Shown here: positions 47,879 to 57,712 of the stretch, piece after piece | Layout: the number at the start of each line of letters is the position of its first letter | Numbering within the stretch: the stretch's first letter is position 1 | Source: a bacterium | GTDB taxonomy: Bacteria; Electryoneota; Electryoneia; Electryoneales; Electryoneaceae | Assembly: GCA_020444265.1 (NCBI GenBank) | Contig: JAHLLH010000011.1 | Coordinates: forward strand, 26,290 to 90,289 | DNA length: 64,000 nt | Direction: 5' to 3' | The notes under the pieces: model-generated | What the model saw: only the letters and a program-made list of their open reading frames with translations | Told to the model about the DNA's origin: nothing | The model's database searches: none | Program-made: the position numbers and the translations under genes

Positions 47879-48304
47879 TTAGAAGCCGCCGTCACCGCCA
47901 CCTTCGCTAGGCAGCCCATATCCAAAGAACTTGCCCTGCTGAATGTCAAAGGTTACTTCCTTACCGGCGCCACCAGGCATTTCGCCAGTGGAGGTTGCTA
48001 CGATGGTTTCCTGACCGTTCAGCGAGAACTCCCACGAACGCCGTGTAGCATCGTCCATCTGCAGGTAACCGAACTCTTCGAGTTCTTCTACCGTGGTCGG
48101 CCAACGGTCTTTGTCCATGTAGAACATCTTCGCCGAGTTGTAAATCGCACCAATCTGCGATTGTGCGTCAGAAGCACGGGCACCCTGAACGTACTGGATG
48201 TAAATCGGTACCGAGATCGCGGCCAAAATCGCGATGATAACAACAACCACGAGAATCTCGATAAGGGTGAATCCCTTGCGCTCCCGGTTCAGCAGGTCCT
48301 TCAT
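47879..48304 (-). CDS. pilA: Type IVa major pilin
   Basis: N-terminus KG|FTLIEILVVVVIIAILAAI; 141 aa. Confidence 0.85.
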   Translation of the reverse strand: MKDLLNRERKGFTLIEILVVVVIIAILAAISVPIYIQYVQGARASDAQSQIGAIYNSAKMFYMDKDRWPTTVEELEEFGYLQMDDATRRSWEFSLNGQETIVATSTGEMPGGAGKEVTFDIQQGKFFGYGLPSEGGGDGGF

Positions 48305-48679
48305 CAGAATGTCTCCTCACCCGGGGGAACCGAGTCAACGGTCCCCTTTCTCAGTCCAAGTGTCACCCTGCATAGTCCAGGTGACTACCTTCAGTCTTTC
48401 GAAGGTGGCAATATAGGTAAACGCTCTGTCCAATTCCACAGGACGCGAGCATCGCTACAAGTTGACGTTGGATAAATCCAGAAATACTGTCCCCAAAGCC
48501 CATTGTAACCTTGCAAGCCTCGTACCAGCAGAGCACTTACAGGCTCGCGAGCACGGGCAAGAGGCAACTACAACGTATAAACGGCGTAAGGTGACCCAGA
48601 TCACACGGGGAAAAAGAAGAGAGTTTCTACGGGGGACCAAACTCGTGCAAGACAAGCGCGGATCGTGCAAACTTTGCAT

Positions 48680-49183
48680 CTAGTCTCGGGATCGCAACGC
48701 CCGAACTGTCCAGAAAACCCCGCCAAGAACGAGAGCCGCAGAGACAATGCCGACCCCCCCGACGAGATTCCCAAGCGATCCGTTGACCGCCACTCCGGCG
48801 AGGTCGCCGAGCCAGCCGCCGATAGTGGGCAGGAAATCAACCTTGCCTGAGAGGAATTGAGCGGTTGCTGCACAGCCAACCCCAACACCGAGGGCGACCA
48901 GGAGTGTGTCCATGCTGAACCAGCTTGCGCTCGCTGATTCGCCGACCGCTTCCTTGACTGCATGGGCGACCAGCCCACGAGGCAAAGGTATTTCGGGCAT
49001 GGCGGCGAGGGAATCGACCATGACCTGTTCACGTGCCGCTTCGGCACGGAACATCGCATTTTCCCTGAGCAGCAGAGAGAGCTTGTGAGCCTGCGCTGGG
49101 CTCAGCTCCCCACGGTGATACGCGGGAATCTGTTCCAGCAGCTCATCAAACTCGTTGTTCTGCATGTTCTGTTCAGTCATCAT
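48680..49183 (-). CDS. Putative anti-sigma factor (membrane-anchored). It starts at ATGATG overlapping the sigma-factor stop.
   Basis: It is translationally coupled to the upstream ECF sigma gene, after a GGAGG RBS. Cytoplasmic N-terminal helix, then C-terminal glycine-rich TM segments. Confidence 0.5.
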   Translation of the reverse strand: MMTEQNMQNNEFDELLEQIPAYHRGELSPAQAHKLSLLLRENAMFRAEAAREQVMVDSLAAMPEIPLPRGLVAHAVKEAVGESASASWFSMDTLLVALGVGVGCAATAQFLSGKVDFLPTIGGWLGDLAGVAVNGSLGNLVGGVGIVSAALVLGGVFWTVRALRSRD

Positions 49184-49742
49184 GGGGGTAGCCCCCCTCC
49201 TCAAGGACCTTGCGCAGGGCGCCACGTGCCCGGTGCAGGTAGACCTTCACCGTATTGACAGGTCGGTCGCTTACCTGGGCGATCTCTTCCATGCTCAACC
49301 CCTGCCAATAGAAAAGGATGACCATGGCACGCCATTCCGGGGAAATACGTTCCAACCCCTTCAGAATGGCATCGCTTGCTGCGACACGATTTTCAAGTAA
49401 CCCTCCGGAAGCTCCCTCATCTTCCGGTTCGAACCCGACCGTCTCAAGACGTTCATCAAGACTGTCAGTTTCATTTCTTGCAGCCGATGTATTGAGTCCA
49501 TCCAGACAGACACGGTAAGCGATCCGGTATAACCAGGTGGACAACTTGCTGCTCCCCTGAAAACTCGGAAGCCCTTTCCAGAAACGGATCACCGTCTCCT
49601 GAAAGAGATCCTGGGCCAGGGCGGAGTCGCCGGTCATCCGGTTGATCACCGTCCATATCACAGGTGCATGCCGGTCAACGAGCCTGCGGAAGGCTTGTTC
49701 GTCGCCACCCTGTGCTTTCCGGATCCAAACCTCCTCGCTCAG
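49173..49742 (-). CDS. ECF-family RNA polymerase sigma-70 factor. The N-terminus is extended to a probable CTG start; the ORF track starts at the internal GTG at 49661.
   Basis: Region 2 (LSEEVWIRKAQGGDEQAFRRLVDRHAPVIWTVINRMTGD...TWLYRIAYRV) aligns from its first residues to the RpoE N-terminus. Region 4 HTH is MEEIAQVSDRPVNTVKVYLHRAR. An AGGAGGG SD lies 4 nt upstream of the CTG. Confidence 0.8.
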   Translation of the reverse strand: MSEEVWIRKAQGGDEQAFRRLVDRHAPVIWTVINRMTGDSALAQDLFQETVIRFWKGLPSFQGSSKLSTWLYRIAYRVCLDGLNTSAARNETDSLDERLETVGFEPEDEGASGGLLENRVAASDAILKGLERISPEWRAMVILFYWQGLSMEEIAQVSDRPVNTVKVYLHRARGALRKVLEEGGYPHDD

Positions 49743-50144
49743 CGTTCCCTCCTGACGCCTGCATCCCTGGGGGGCTCCCTAGCGCCCACTCCCTCCCGGG
49801 TGGACAGCCCCACTCACGGCCGGCTACCGTGCATGCCACCGTAAGACGGCACCCGAAGCACTCCGGTTACACCCCCGGAGTCACGGCACCTCTCCTCCCC
49901 GCTCTTTTACCGGCCTTCTTGGAAGGTACTCACGTTGCATGTATAGAGGAAGGAGAAACGGCGGATCACCGAAGTCATTTCGAGGCTTGCCCACCTCCGG
50001 CGGGAATCCGGCTGTTGCCGGATGATGTAGCAACACGCTTTGCCACGGGGAGCACTCTCCCTTGTAACCGGACTCGAAAAAGGTCCGTCTTATGGGCGAC
50101 ACAGAAAACCAACATCAGCCGGCCCTGCCGGAGGAGGTACGACC

Positions 50145-50633
50145 ATGGGCATGGATTTCATAGGAACAACAGCCGTCATCGGAGTTCTTATTCCGATCTT
50201 CGCGATGCTGATCGGATTGATCATCGCCCTCTTCTCGATTCAGCGCAGCTACAAAAACCGTCAGCTCGAGCATGAACTGCGAATGAAAGCTCTCGAAAAG
50301 GGGTATGACATCCCCGCGATGCCGCCGGACAAAGAAAAAAAACCAGCGTATCCCTTTACCTGGCCCTTCATGTTCCTGGGGTTTGGAATCGCGTTGATCT
50401 GCATCTACCTCTTCGCAGATGGGGATGAATCATCTCTTGGCTTTGGCTTCGTGATCTTATTCATCGGCGCTGGACTATTCGCCAGCCGTTTCTACGGTGT
50501 CCGCAAAGATGAAATCAGCGAAGCGGAACGTGCGGCGCAGAGCACCTGGTCTGCTCCGCCCAAAACAGTCGAGCAGCCCAAACCATCTACTGAAGTTGCC
50601 AGCGAATTTCCGAAGGATGAGGAGAAGAGTTGA
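50145..50633 (+). CDS. Small hypothetical membrane protein (two TM helices, charged C-terminal tail)
   Basis: GGAGGAGG RBS followed by ATG; MGMDFIGTTAVIGVLIPIFAMLIGLIIALF TM segments. It is divergent from the ECF sigma gene. Confidence 0.5.
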   Translation: MGMDFIGTTAVIGVLIPIFAMLIGLIIALFSIQRSYKNRQLEHELRMKALEKGYDIPAMPPDKEKKPAYPFTWPFMFLGFGIALICIYLFADGDESSLGFGFVILFIGAGLFASRFYGVRKDEISEAERAAQSTWSAPPKTVEQPKPSTEVASEFPKDEEKS

Positions 50634-50655
50634 CCTCTCTACCCTTTACCGCACA

Positions 50656-50688
50656 GAAACGGCCCCGGAGAACCGGGGCCGTTTTTTC
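50656..50688. terminator. Bidirectional intrinsic terminator between convergent genes
   Basis: AAACGGCCCCGG-AGAA-CCGGGGCCGTTTTTT. Confidence 0.65.
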
Positions 50689-50704
50689 TCGTTCGAAGGA
50701 CAAC

Positions 50705-52435
50705 CTACTTCAGCAGAACCAGTTTCTGCGTCAATCCCTGCTGTCCGGGGATCGTCGCACGCAGGTAATAGACCCCGGTCGGCAGGGTACGAGCATCCAT
50801 CGTCATGCGGTGCACTCCGGCTTGCATCACACCCTCCTGCAAAACCACAACCCGCTGGCCAACCTGATTGAAAACCTCGACCCGAACCATTGACCGATTC
50901 GGCAATTCCAGCTCGATGGTGGACATGGAGTTAAATGGATTCGGATGGGGCACACTCAGCCGGAACTCATTCGGGAGATGGCCAACCGGATCATTGTCGA
51001 CCGCCTCGGTCGCAACACAGACCCCGGAGATGGGAATTTCAGATGGTGAGTTCGCAGCCGTGCTGGAAAAGCCGAATGGTCCACCGTATTCGCCCGGCTC
51101 GCTGGGGGCAAAACGGAAGGTGGTGGTCCACTCCTCGTCCGGTTGCAGGGTCACTTGCGGTCCCAGCGTTACGAAAAAACCATTCGGCACACGTGCCGAG
51201 GTGAGGGTCATCTCGCCATCCCCGATGTTTGTCACCGTAATCTCCTGGTGTTGCACTTCACCCGGGGCGAGCGTATCGAACACCATGGATGTGAGACTTA
51301 GCGATGAGATGCCCGCCGGGAAGTGTTCAAACTCCCCACCGTACGCACCCATGTCGCTTTGAAACGTCCCCAGCCCATCAATCGGCGAGAGATAGGTATC
51401 CAGCAGATCGGGATCGCCAGCATCGATGCAGGGCGAATCCGCTTCGTCCCCCCATTCCTGCGCCTGAAGGTGGTAATCATCATCCCAGACAGCGCGGAAC
51501 AAAGGATCCGCATCGATGTTCCCCACGCCTGTCCACCCACCTTCGATGTTGCAATACGTGGCAGCAATTGTTCCACCAGCCTCGCTGAACTGATCACCAT
51601 CGCCTGACGCCTGATTGCTTCGTACGATGGTATTGACAAGGGTTACTGTTGACCCGTCACGAGCATCAATCCCGCCGCCTTGGGTTGCGGAGTTGCCCAC
51701 AAGGACATTGTTGGCGAGTAGAACCTGGGAATTATCGATCCGCAACCCGCCACCGATGTCCATCGCTGCATTGTCGATGATGATGTTGTGGTGAATGGAA
51801 GGGGAGGAGTTTACGACGGCAATACCACCGCCATCCTGGTTCGAGTTGTCCTTGATCAGGTTGTACGCGATTTCGCATGTCGTGCCCTCCGCGACACGAA
51901 TCCCGCCCCCTGGATTGCCCAGCGGACTGAGAAAATCATTGTTGAAGATCTCGTTGTACTTCACCACTCCCGTGCAATTCACAAGCGAGATGCCACCTCC
52001 CTGATCACTACGATTGTTGACGATGCGATTGTGCTCGATTCGCACATCTGAGTCTTCTGCACGTATCCCACCACCCGGTCCATCATCATTCTGTCCCAGA
52101 AGAATCGTAAACCCAATGATGGCTCGTGTATTTACACCACCGTCCACGATGGTGACCACTGAACCGTCACGACCTCCATCAATCCGGGTATCTCGTTCAT
52201 AGCTCACATATGGATTCATGATATACTTGGAGGCGAGAACCACCGAAATGGTTGGCATGACGATGTTTTCTTCGTAGGTCCCAGGATCTACCAAGACCGT
52301 ATCTCCCTCGGTAGCTGCATCGAGTCCAGCCTGGATGGTCGGCTGATCATCCGGGACTTCGATGATGGCGGCGAGGAGTGGCTGCGCGACGATACAAGAG
52401 ACAAGCAGGAGAAGGATATGTTTTGAAGGAAGCAT
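50705..52435 (-). CDS. Secreted right-handed parallel beta-helix (pectin-lyase-fold) repeat protein with T9SS CTD
   Basis: Signal peptide. Repeated PbH1-like units (NxxxxNxGGGI: NNRSDQGGGISL, NSNQDGGGIAV, NAAMDIGGGLRI, NSATQGGGIDA). The C-terminal tail is PNPFNSMSTIEL...GVYYLRATIPGQQGLTQKLVLLK. Confidence 0.75.
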   Translation of the reverse strand: MLPSKHILLLLVSCIVAQPLLAAIIEVPDDQPTIQAGLDAATEGDTVLVDPGTYEENIVMPTISVVLASKYIMNPYVSYERDTRIDGGRDGSVVTIVDGGVNTRAIIGFTILLGQNDDGPGGGIRAEDSDVRIEHNRIVNNRSDQGGGISLVNCTGVVKYNEIFNNDFLSPLGNPGGGIRVAEGTTCEIAYNLIKDNSNQDGGGIAVVNSSPSIHHNIIIDNAAMDIGGGLRIDNSQVLLANNVLVGNSATQGGGIDARDGSTVTLVNTIVRSNQASGDGDQFSEAGGTIAATYCNIEGGWTGVGNIDADPLFRAVWDDDYHLQAQEWGDEADSPCIDAGDPDLLDTYLSPIDGLGTFQSDMGAYGGEFEHFPAGISSLSLTSMVFDTLAPGEVQHQEITVTNIGDGEMTLTSARVPNGFFVTLGPQVTLQPDEEWTTTFRFAPSEPGEYGGPFGFSSTAANSPSEIPISGVCVATEAVDNDPVGHLPNEFRLSVPHPNPFNSMSTIELELPNRSMVRVEVFNQVGQRVVVLQEGVMQAGVHRMTMDARTLPTGVYYLRATIPGQQGLTQKLVLLK

Positions 52436-52601
52436 GATGGAATCCTGATACAGTTATCCCAGAGCACCATATACGTTACCAGGCAACACTCCAAACTACC
52501 GTCCATGCCCACGATTCGCAATAAAAAACACGAAATACTGACACAAGAAAACGGCAGGGTTTCCCCTGCCGTTTAACAGAAACTTCGTTTTAGACGAATA
52601 C

Positions 52602-54121
52602 TTACGCTTCCATCGCCTTACGCTTCTTGATGTCGGCTTCGAGCCAGAAGTGGTAGATGACCATCGCCAATGTCGCGATCAGGCCGATGCCAGCGAAGTA
52701 GACCCAGGTGATCCAGGGATTGTACATGTCCCAGAGGATCTGGGTCGCCTGGAACTGGTCGGTGACCCCTTGTAAATGCTCCACCATCTTCGGCATTACA
52801 TCGACAATGGCAAGGTTGTTCACCATGTCCGCGTTCAATCCCAGCTCCTCGACCATGTAGCGACGTGCCAGCATGTACTTGTCGGAATAGACACCGTAGG
52901 TGATACCCGACAAAACACCCGCCAACCCCCAGCCGATCGCGAAGGGGATATTGCTGTAGCCCATGTAGAGCGCCTTCTTCTCCGGCGGGGCCATCAGGCC
53001 GATGTACTCGCTGAACTTCGGGCTGCAGGTCATTTCGCCGACGGCGAAGATGAAGATGCCGAGCAGCACCATCGCGCCACCGTTCATCATACCAGCAAAC
53101 AGAATCGCGAAGGTCGAGATGAGCATCCCGACAATCATCATCACAACGGGTTTGAATTTACCCGTGATGAAACCGATCAGCGGCATCATCAGGACAATTG
53201 CACCAGCGTCGAGGTTGATCATGTATTCTGGCGGGACATTGCCGAAATCATCCGCGTTGATGAAGTTCAGCCCGATGCTGTGTAGCCAGGCGAGGGTGCC
53301 ACGGCTGTCGACCCACTCGTTGATGAAGATCGGGAAGGTGTCGAACAGCTGCATGAACATCAGCCAGAAACCGCTGAAAATCAGCAGGAAGATCATGAAC
53401 TTGGTGTCTTTGATCAGCGTACCCATCGAATCGGCAAAGGTCGCAAAGGCGCCCTTTTCCGCTTCGCCGCGCTTTTTCTTCTCCTCACGCGCTTCCACCG
53501 AGAAATCCTTGAGGAAGAACATGGTGGGGATGATGTTGATCAGGATGATGATCGCGGAGGCATAAAAGACATAGTCCCAGCTGAGCGCACGCATTTTGCC
53601 GGCGATGAAGGGTCCGACAAAGCCGCCGATGTTAACCAGCTGGTAGAAGAAAGCCCAACCGACCGAGGAGTTTTTCTCGGAGACTGTGTGCGCGAGGGTG
53701 CCATGAAGCGGTGGCTTGAAGATCGCCGTACCAGTCGCGAGCATGACCACGCCCAGCATGAAGAAGCCGTAGCTGTCCGCCATTCCCATGATCACATAGG
53801 CGATGGCATTCATCACGAAGGCGATGTAGAGGGACTTTTTGTAACCGTAACGGTCGCTGAAGCCACCGGTAAACATCGGCAACAGGGTCTGGATGATCGC
53901 CCAGATGGTGAAGATGACACCACGTTCAATGTGGGTCAGTTCAAGCCCGCCGCGCGCTGCTGCATCGACGATGTAAATACCGACGACAGCACGCACGCCG
54001 AAGTAGGCGAGACGTTCGAACATCTCCATCACGTTTGCCACCCAGAAATGGCGGCTGAAGCTCTTTACTTGGTCCCAGAAACCGAGTTTTTCCACGGCTC
54101 CGGCCTGGTCATTTGTGCTCA
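52602..54121 (-). CDS. POT/PTR2-family proton-dependent oligopeptide transporter. The likely start is the GTG at VSTNDQ.
   Basis: POT signature FERLAYFGVRAVVGIYIV (ExxERFxYYG-like); ~12-14 TM segments; the FYxxINIGG motif is present as FYQLVNIGGF. Confidence 0.8.
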
Positions 54122-54290
54122 CATGTCCCTCACAGGTTGTCCGTCTTCCGGCTGGTGCTTGATCGCACCCACGCCTCCTCCCTGCAACGGCGCGGGTACG
54201 ACCCCGCCAAAGTACGCTCTCTATCGGGGATGAGCAAACAACCCGCCTCGGATAGACCATTTGCCTTGTCCAAACAATTGAGGCCTATCT

Positions 54291-55202
54291 TTGCGCATCA
54301 CCTCATCACTGGAGTCCATCATGCTTCGATTTGTTCTACTGATGCTGTTCGCCCTCCATTCCCTCTCTGTCGCCGCTGCCCCACTTGATGAGTGGGTTAA
54401 AATCGGAGACGATTACAACCGTGACATCTCCGGCCTTGTCATGCTGGGCGAGACAGCCGAGGGACCGGTGATGCTGGTCGCCCATGACAACAAGTACGAG
54501 GACGAAGACCGTATCGCACGTGTTACCATCCGTGGCGACTCCGTCGAGTACCAGCCCTTCTCCTGGCCGGAAGGTGTCAAGAAACCGGTGGACATCGAGG
54601 CGATGACCTTCGCCCCGGACAGGCACGGCCTCTACATCACCACCAGCCGTGGAGATGCAGCCTGGATCGCAGTGGATTATGTCAAGAAAGCAGTTACTGA
54701 GGTAAAGCGTTTCGTGCTCGAAGTGCCGGAAGTGCAACGTCCCCAGATCGAGGGGCTGCAGGTGGTTGAACTCGGTGGGAAGACGTGGATTGTTTGGGGC
54801 CACCGTGGTAGTGATGGCCATCCTGCGATTCTGCACTGGGGCTCGTTCGACGAGAAAACCCTGACCGTTACCCCCATCAGCAGCACCTACCTCCATGTCC
54901 CCTGGCCGACGATAAGCGAAGTGCGTCACTTAAGCGATTTACACATCACTCTGGACGGTACCCTCTACATCAGCTCTGCCTCTGAAGCGAGCAATGATGG
55001 GCCCTTTGATGGAGCACTGTACAAGGCCGGAAAGTTCACTGCACTCGATGACAACCTGCGTTTCCAGGTCACCCCACTCAAAGAAGCACTGAAACGCTTC
55101 CCTGGACGAAAAGTGGAAGGCTTTGACCGGACGAAAGAGGGGATCTACTTCCTGGGGACAGATGATGAAAACCTGGGGAGTTTTGTGATTCGGGCAGAGT
55201 GA
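54291..55202 (+). CDS. Hypothetical secreted protein. The likely start is MLRFVLLMLFALHSLSVAAAP.
   Basis: It has a signal peptide but no recognisable motif. It may have a beta-rich fold. Confidence 0.5.
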   Translation: MRITSSLESIMLRFVLLMLFALHSLSVAAAPLDEWVKIGDDYNRDISGLVMLGETAEGPVMLVAHDNKYEDEDRIARVTIRGDSVEYQPFSWPEGVKKPVDIEAMTFAPDRHGLYITTSRGDAAWIAVDYVKKAVTEVKRFVLEVPEVQRPQIEGLQVVELGGKTWIVWGHRGSDGHPAILHWGSFDEKTLTVTPISSTYLHVPWPTISEVRHLSDLHITLDGTLYISSASEASNDGPFDGALYKAGKFTALDDNLRFQVTPLKEALKRFPGRKVEGFDRTKEGIYFLGTDDENLGSFVIRAE

Positions 55203-55290
55203 CCGATTCCGGCGGAGCTGGCCTGAATTATACCCCGGCTTGTCTTGCAAGCCGTGTCACGTTCTATACGACGTAAAAGGGATCGGAGTA

Positions 55291-56175
55291 CTACTCCCCC
55301 TCCACCTTCGCCTCTTCGGCGAGGACGGTGGGGCGTCCTGTCATCCAGCTCAGGAATTCCGCGATACGCTGCTTGACCTCGAGACGCGGAACCACCTGGT
55401 CGAGGAAGCCGGTATCTTTCAGGAATTCACTCCGCTGGAAGCCTTCGGGCAGATCCTGGCCGATGGTCTGCTTGATGACACGCGGGCCGGCGAAACCGAT
55501 CAGGGCGCCCGGTTCGGCGATGTTCAGGTCGCCGAGCATCGAGAAACTGGCGGTGGTGCCTCCGGTGGTCGGGTCCGTCATCAGGGAAATGAACGGAAGG
55601 CCCGCTTTTGCGAGACGAGTCAGCCGTGCGGAGGTCTTTGCCATCTGCATCAGGCTGAGGATGCCCTCCTGCATACGCATCCCGCCGGACGAGGAGATAA
55701 TGATCAACGCTCGCTTGTTCTCGACCGCATAGTCGACGGCTCGTGCGATCTTCTCGCCGACCACGCTTCCAACCGATCCGCCGAGGAACTGGAAATCCAT
55801 GATCGCGAGCACGACGGGGTGACCATGCAGGGCGGCCTCGCCGGTGACCACCGCTTCGTTACGTTCCGTCTTCTTCATTGCGGCGCTGATACGGTCCGAG
55901 TACTTCTTCGAATCTTTGAAGCCGAGCGGGTCGAGCGATTTCAGCTCGCCGAAAAGCTCCTTGAAGGTCTTTTCATCGCTGAGCAGATCAACATAGCCGC
56001 CAATCGGTAGACGGTTATGGTGCCCGCATTCGGGGCAGACGAGGAAATTTCGTTCCAGCTTGCGGGAGTAGAGGACTGTCTCACACCCGGGGCACTTGGC
56101 CCAGACACCTTCCGGAACTTCACGTTTCTGTGAGCTCTTCAGGTTTTCTTTGTCACGTTTAAACCAACTGCTCAT
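55291..56175 (-). CDS. accD: Acetyl-CoA carboxylase carboxyltransferase beta subunit
   Basis: N-terminal zinc ribbon CPGCETVLYSRKLERNFLVCPECGHHNRL followed by the carboxyltransferase domain (GGSVGSVVGEKI, GGMRMQEG). Confidence 0.9.
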   Translation of the reverse strand: MSSWFKRDKENLKSSQKREVPEGVWAKCPGCETVLYSRKLERNFLVCPECGHHNRLPIGGYVDLLSDEKTFKELFGELKSLDPLGFKDSKKYSDRISAAMKKTERNEAVVTGEAALHGHPVVLAIMDFQFLGGSVGSVVGEKIARAVDYAVENKRALIIISSSGGMRMQEGILSLMQMAKTSARLTRLAKAGLPFISLMTDPTTGGTTASFSMLGDLNIAEPGALIGFAGPRVIKQTIGQDLPEGFQRSEFLKDTGFLDQVVPRLEVKQRIAEFLSWMTGRPTVLAEEAKVEGE

Positions 56176-56184
56176 GCCTGCTCC

Positions 56185-56613
56185 CTATCCGTCACCCAGC
56201 GCCAGCATCATCTCCAGCGCATCCTCGCCATTGCTGTAGTAGCCTTTTCGCTTCCCGACAACTTCAAATCCGAAGCTCTCGTACAGCGCGATGGCGGGTT
56301 GGTTGTCGTCACGTACATCCAGAAAAACGGCACGAAACCGTTGCTCGCGCAACCGTTTAAGCCAGTTTTTCAACAGGCCGCGGCCCAGACCGCGTCCACG
56401 TTCCTCGGGCAAAATCGCGATGTTAAGCAGTTCGCCCTCGTCAATAATCTCCCAGGCCACAAGATACCCGATCAAACGGCCCGCTTCCTCAAGAACAACT
56501 CCATGAAATGCGGGAAGAGAGAGGATGCTGGAGAAGGCATCCCCGGTCCAGGGATCCTCCGGGAAACAGCGGAGTTCGGCTGCCACAAGCTGATCGACAT
56601 CGCCGACATCCAT
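56185..56613 (-). CDS. GNAT-family N-acetyltransferase (RimI-like)
   Basis: Acetyl-CoA-binding motif NIAILPEERGRGLGRGLL. The probable start is the internal Met MDVGDVDQ. Confidence 0.6.
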   Translation of the reverse strand: MDVGDVDQLVAAELRCFPEDPWTGDAFSSILSLPAFHGVVLEEAGRLIGYLVAWEIIDEGELLNIAILPEERGRGLGRGLLKNWLKRLREQRFRAVFLDVRDDNQPAIALYESFGFEVVGKRKGYYSNGEDALEMMLALGDG

Positions 56614-56647
56614 CGGTCGTTCCACCGGATCCTGCCCTGCTACCACA

Positions 56648-57664
56648 TCACTTCCTTCCCCGGCCCTGCACTTGTGAGATTCGTATCCGATCCGCGACTC
56701 GCACTGCCTGGACGGTTTCCGCCACATCGTGCACACGGACCACTTCGACCCCCGCCAAGGTGCAAGCAGTCACTGCTGCGAGAGTGCCGGGGAGACGATC
56801 TTCGGTCTCATGGGCTCCGACCAGCTTAAGAAAACTTTTGCGCGATGGGCCAACCAGCAAGGGCACCCCATGCACGCGAAATTCCTCCAGGTGGCCCAGC
56901 AAATCGTAATTGTGTTCCGGTGCCTTGCCGAAGCCGATACCCGGGTCGAGGATCACCTTCTCCCTTTCGATACCGGCGTTGGCGAATACTTCAAACCGTT
57001 CCTCGAAATAACGGTTCATCTCCCCGATCAGATCGCCGTAGGAGGTGTCCTTCTGCATTGTTTTCGGCGTGCCACGCATGTGCATCGCGACATAGGGCAC
57101 CTTCGCCTGAGCGACCACCTCGAGGATATCCGGGTCCAACAGGCCGGCGGAGACATCATTCACCCAGTGCGCACCCGCCTCGAGCGCCGCACGTGCTACA
57201 CCTGCCTTGACCGTATCAATCGAGATCGGGACAGTCACCCGCCCGACAAGTTGTTCTATCACGGGGATGGTCCGTGCCAGCTCATCTTCGATGGAAACAG
57301 GGTCGGAGCCGGGACGAGTCGATTCACCGCCAATGTCGAGGATATCAGCCCCCTGTTCGACGAGCATCAGGGCATGCGCGACCGCCGCATCGGTAGTCGA
57401 GTGATGGCCGCCATCGAAAAAGCTGTCCGGGGTGACATTCACAATCCCCATGACAAGCGTTCGCTCGCCAAGACGGATCGAGATCCCGTTCCCTGCAACC
57501 GTACGAATCACTTCACCGTCCTCGTCGTAGCACGATTCCACTCCCACAGGCAGGGCAATATAGTGCCGGGAGCCTCCGACACAAAGCGCCGTTTTCAGGG
57601 ATCTTGAGGGGGAGAATAGGCGTATAACCCGTAGACTTTCTCCACTCGAAGGAGTGTTGTACAT
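56648..57664 (-). CDS. folP: Dihydropteroate synthase. The ORF as given is probably N-terminally over-extended, and the true start is likely ~20-40 aa upstream of VMGIVNVTPDSFFDGG.
   Basis: DHPS signatures GIVNVTPDSFFDGG, ILDIGGESTRPG, VNDVSAG, ILDPGIGFGK. Confidence 0.85.
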   Translation of the reverse strand: MYNTPSSGESLRVIRLFSPSRSLKTALCVGGSRHYIALPVGVESCYDEDGEVIRTVAGNGISIRLGERTLVMGIVNVTPDSFFDGGHHSTTDAAVAHALMLVEQGADILDIGGESTRPGSDPVSIEDELARTIPVIEQLVGRVTVPISIDTVKAGVARAALEAGAHWVNDVSAGLLDPDILEVVAQAKVPYVAMHMRGTPKTMQKDTSYGDLIGEMNRYFEERFEVFANAGIEREKVILDPGIGFGKAPEHNYDLLGHLEEFRVHGVPLLVGPSRKSFLKLVGAHETEDRLPGTLAAVTACTLAGVEVVRVHDVAETVQAVRVADRIRISQVQGRGRK

Positions 57665-57712
57665 TGTATTACGAGCGGGAGAGCGTATCTTGAAAGAGAG
57701 ATCGTAGAGCCT

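Noticed and set aside
48305-48480. Sigma-54 (TGGCAC-N5-TTGCA) promoter upstream of pilA
   Set aside because: pilA is often sigma-54 dependent, but no convincing GG-N10-GC element with the right spacing was found on the minus strand upstream of the start. Only weak sigma-70-like hexamers are present, so no promoter is called.
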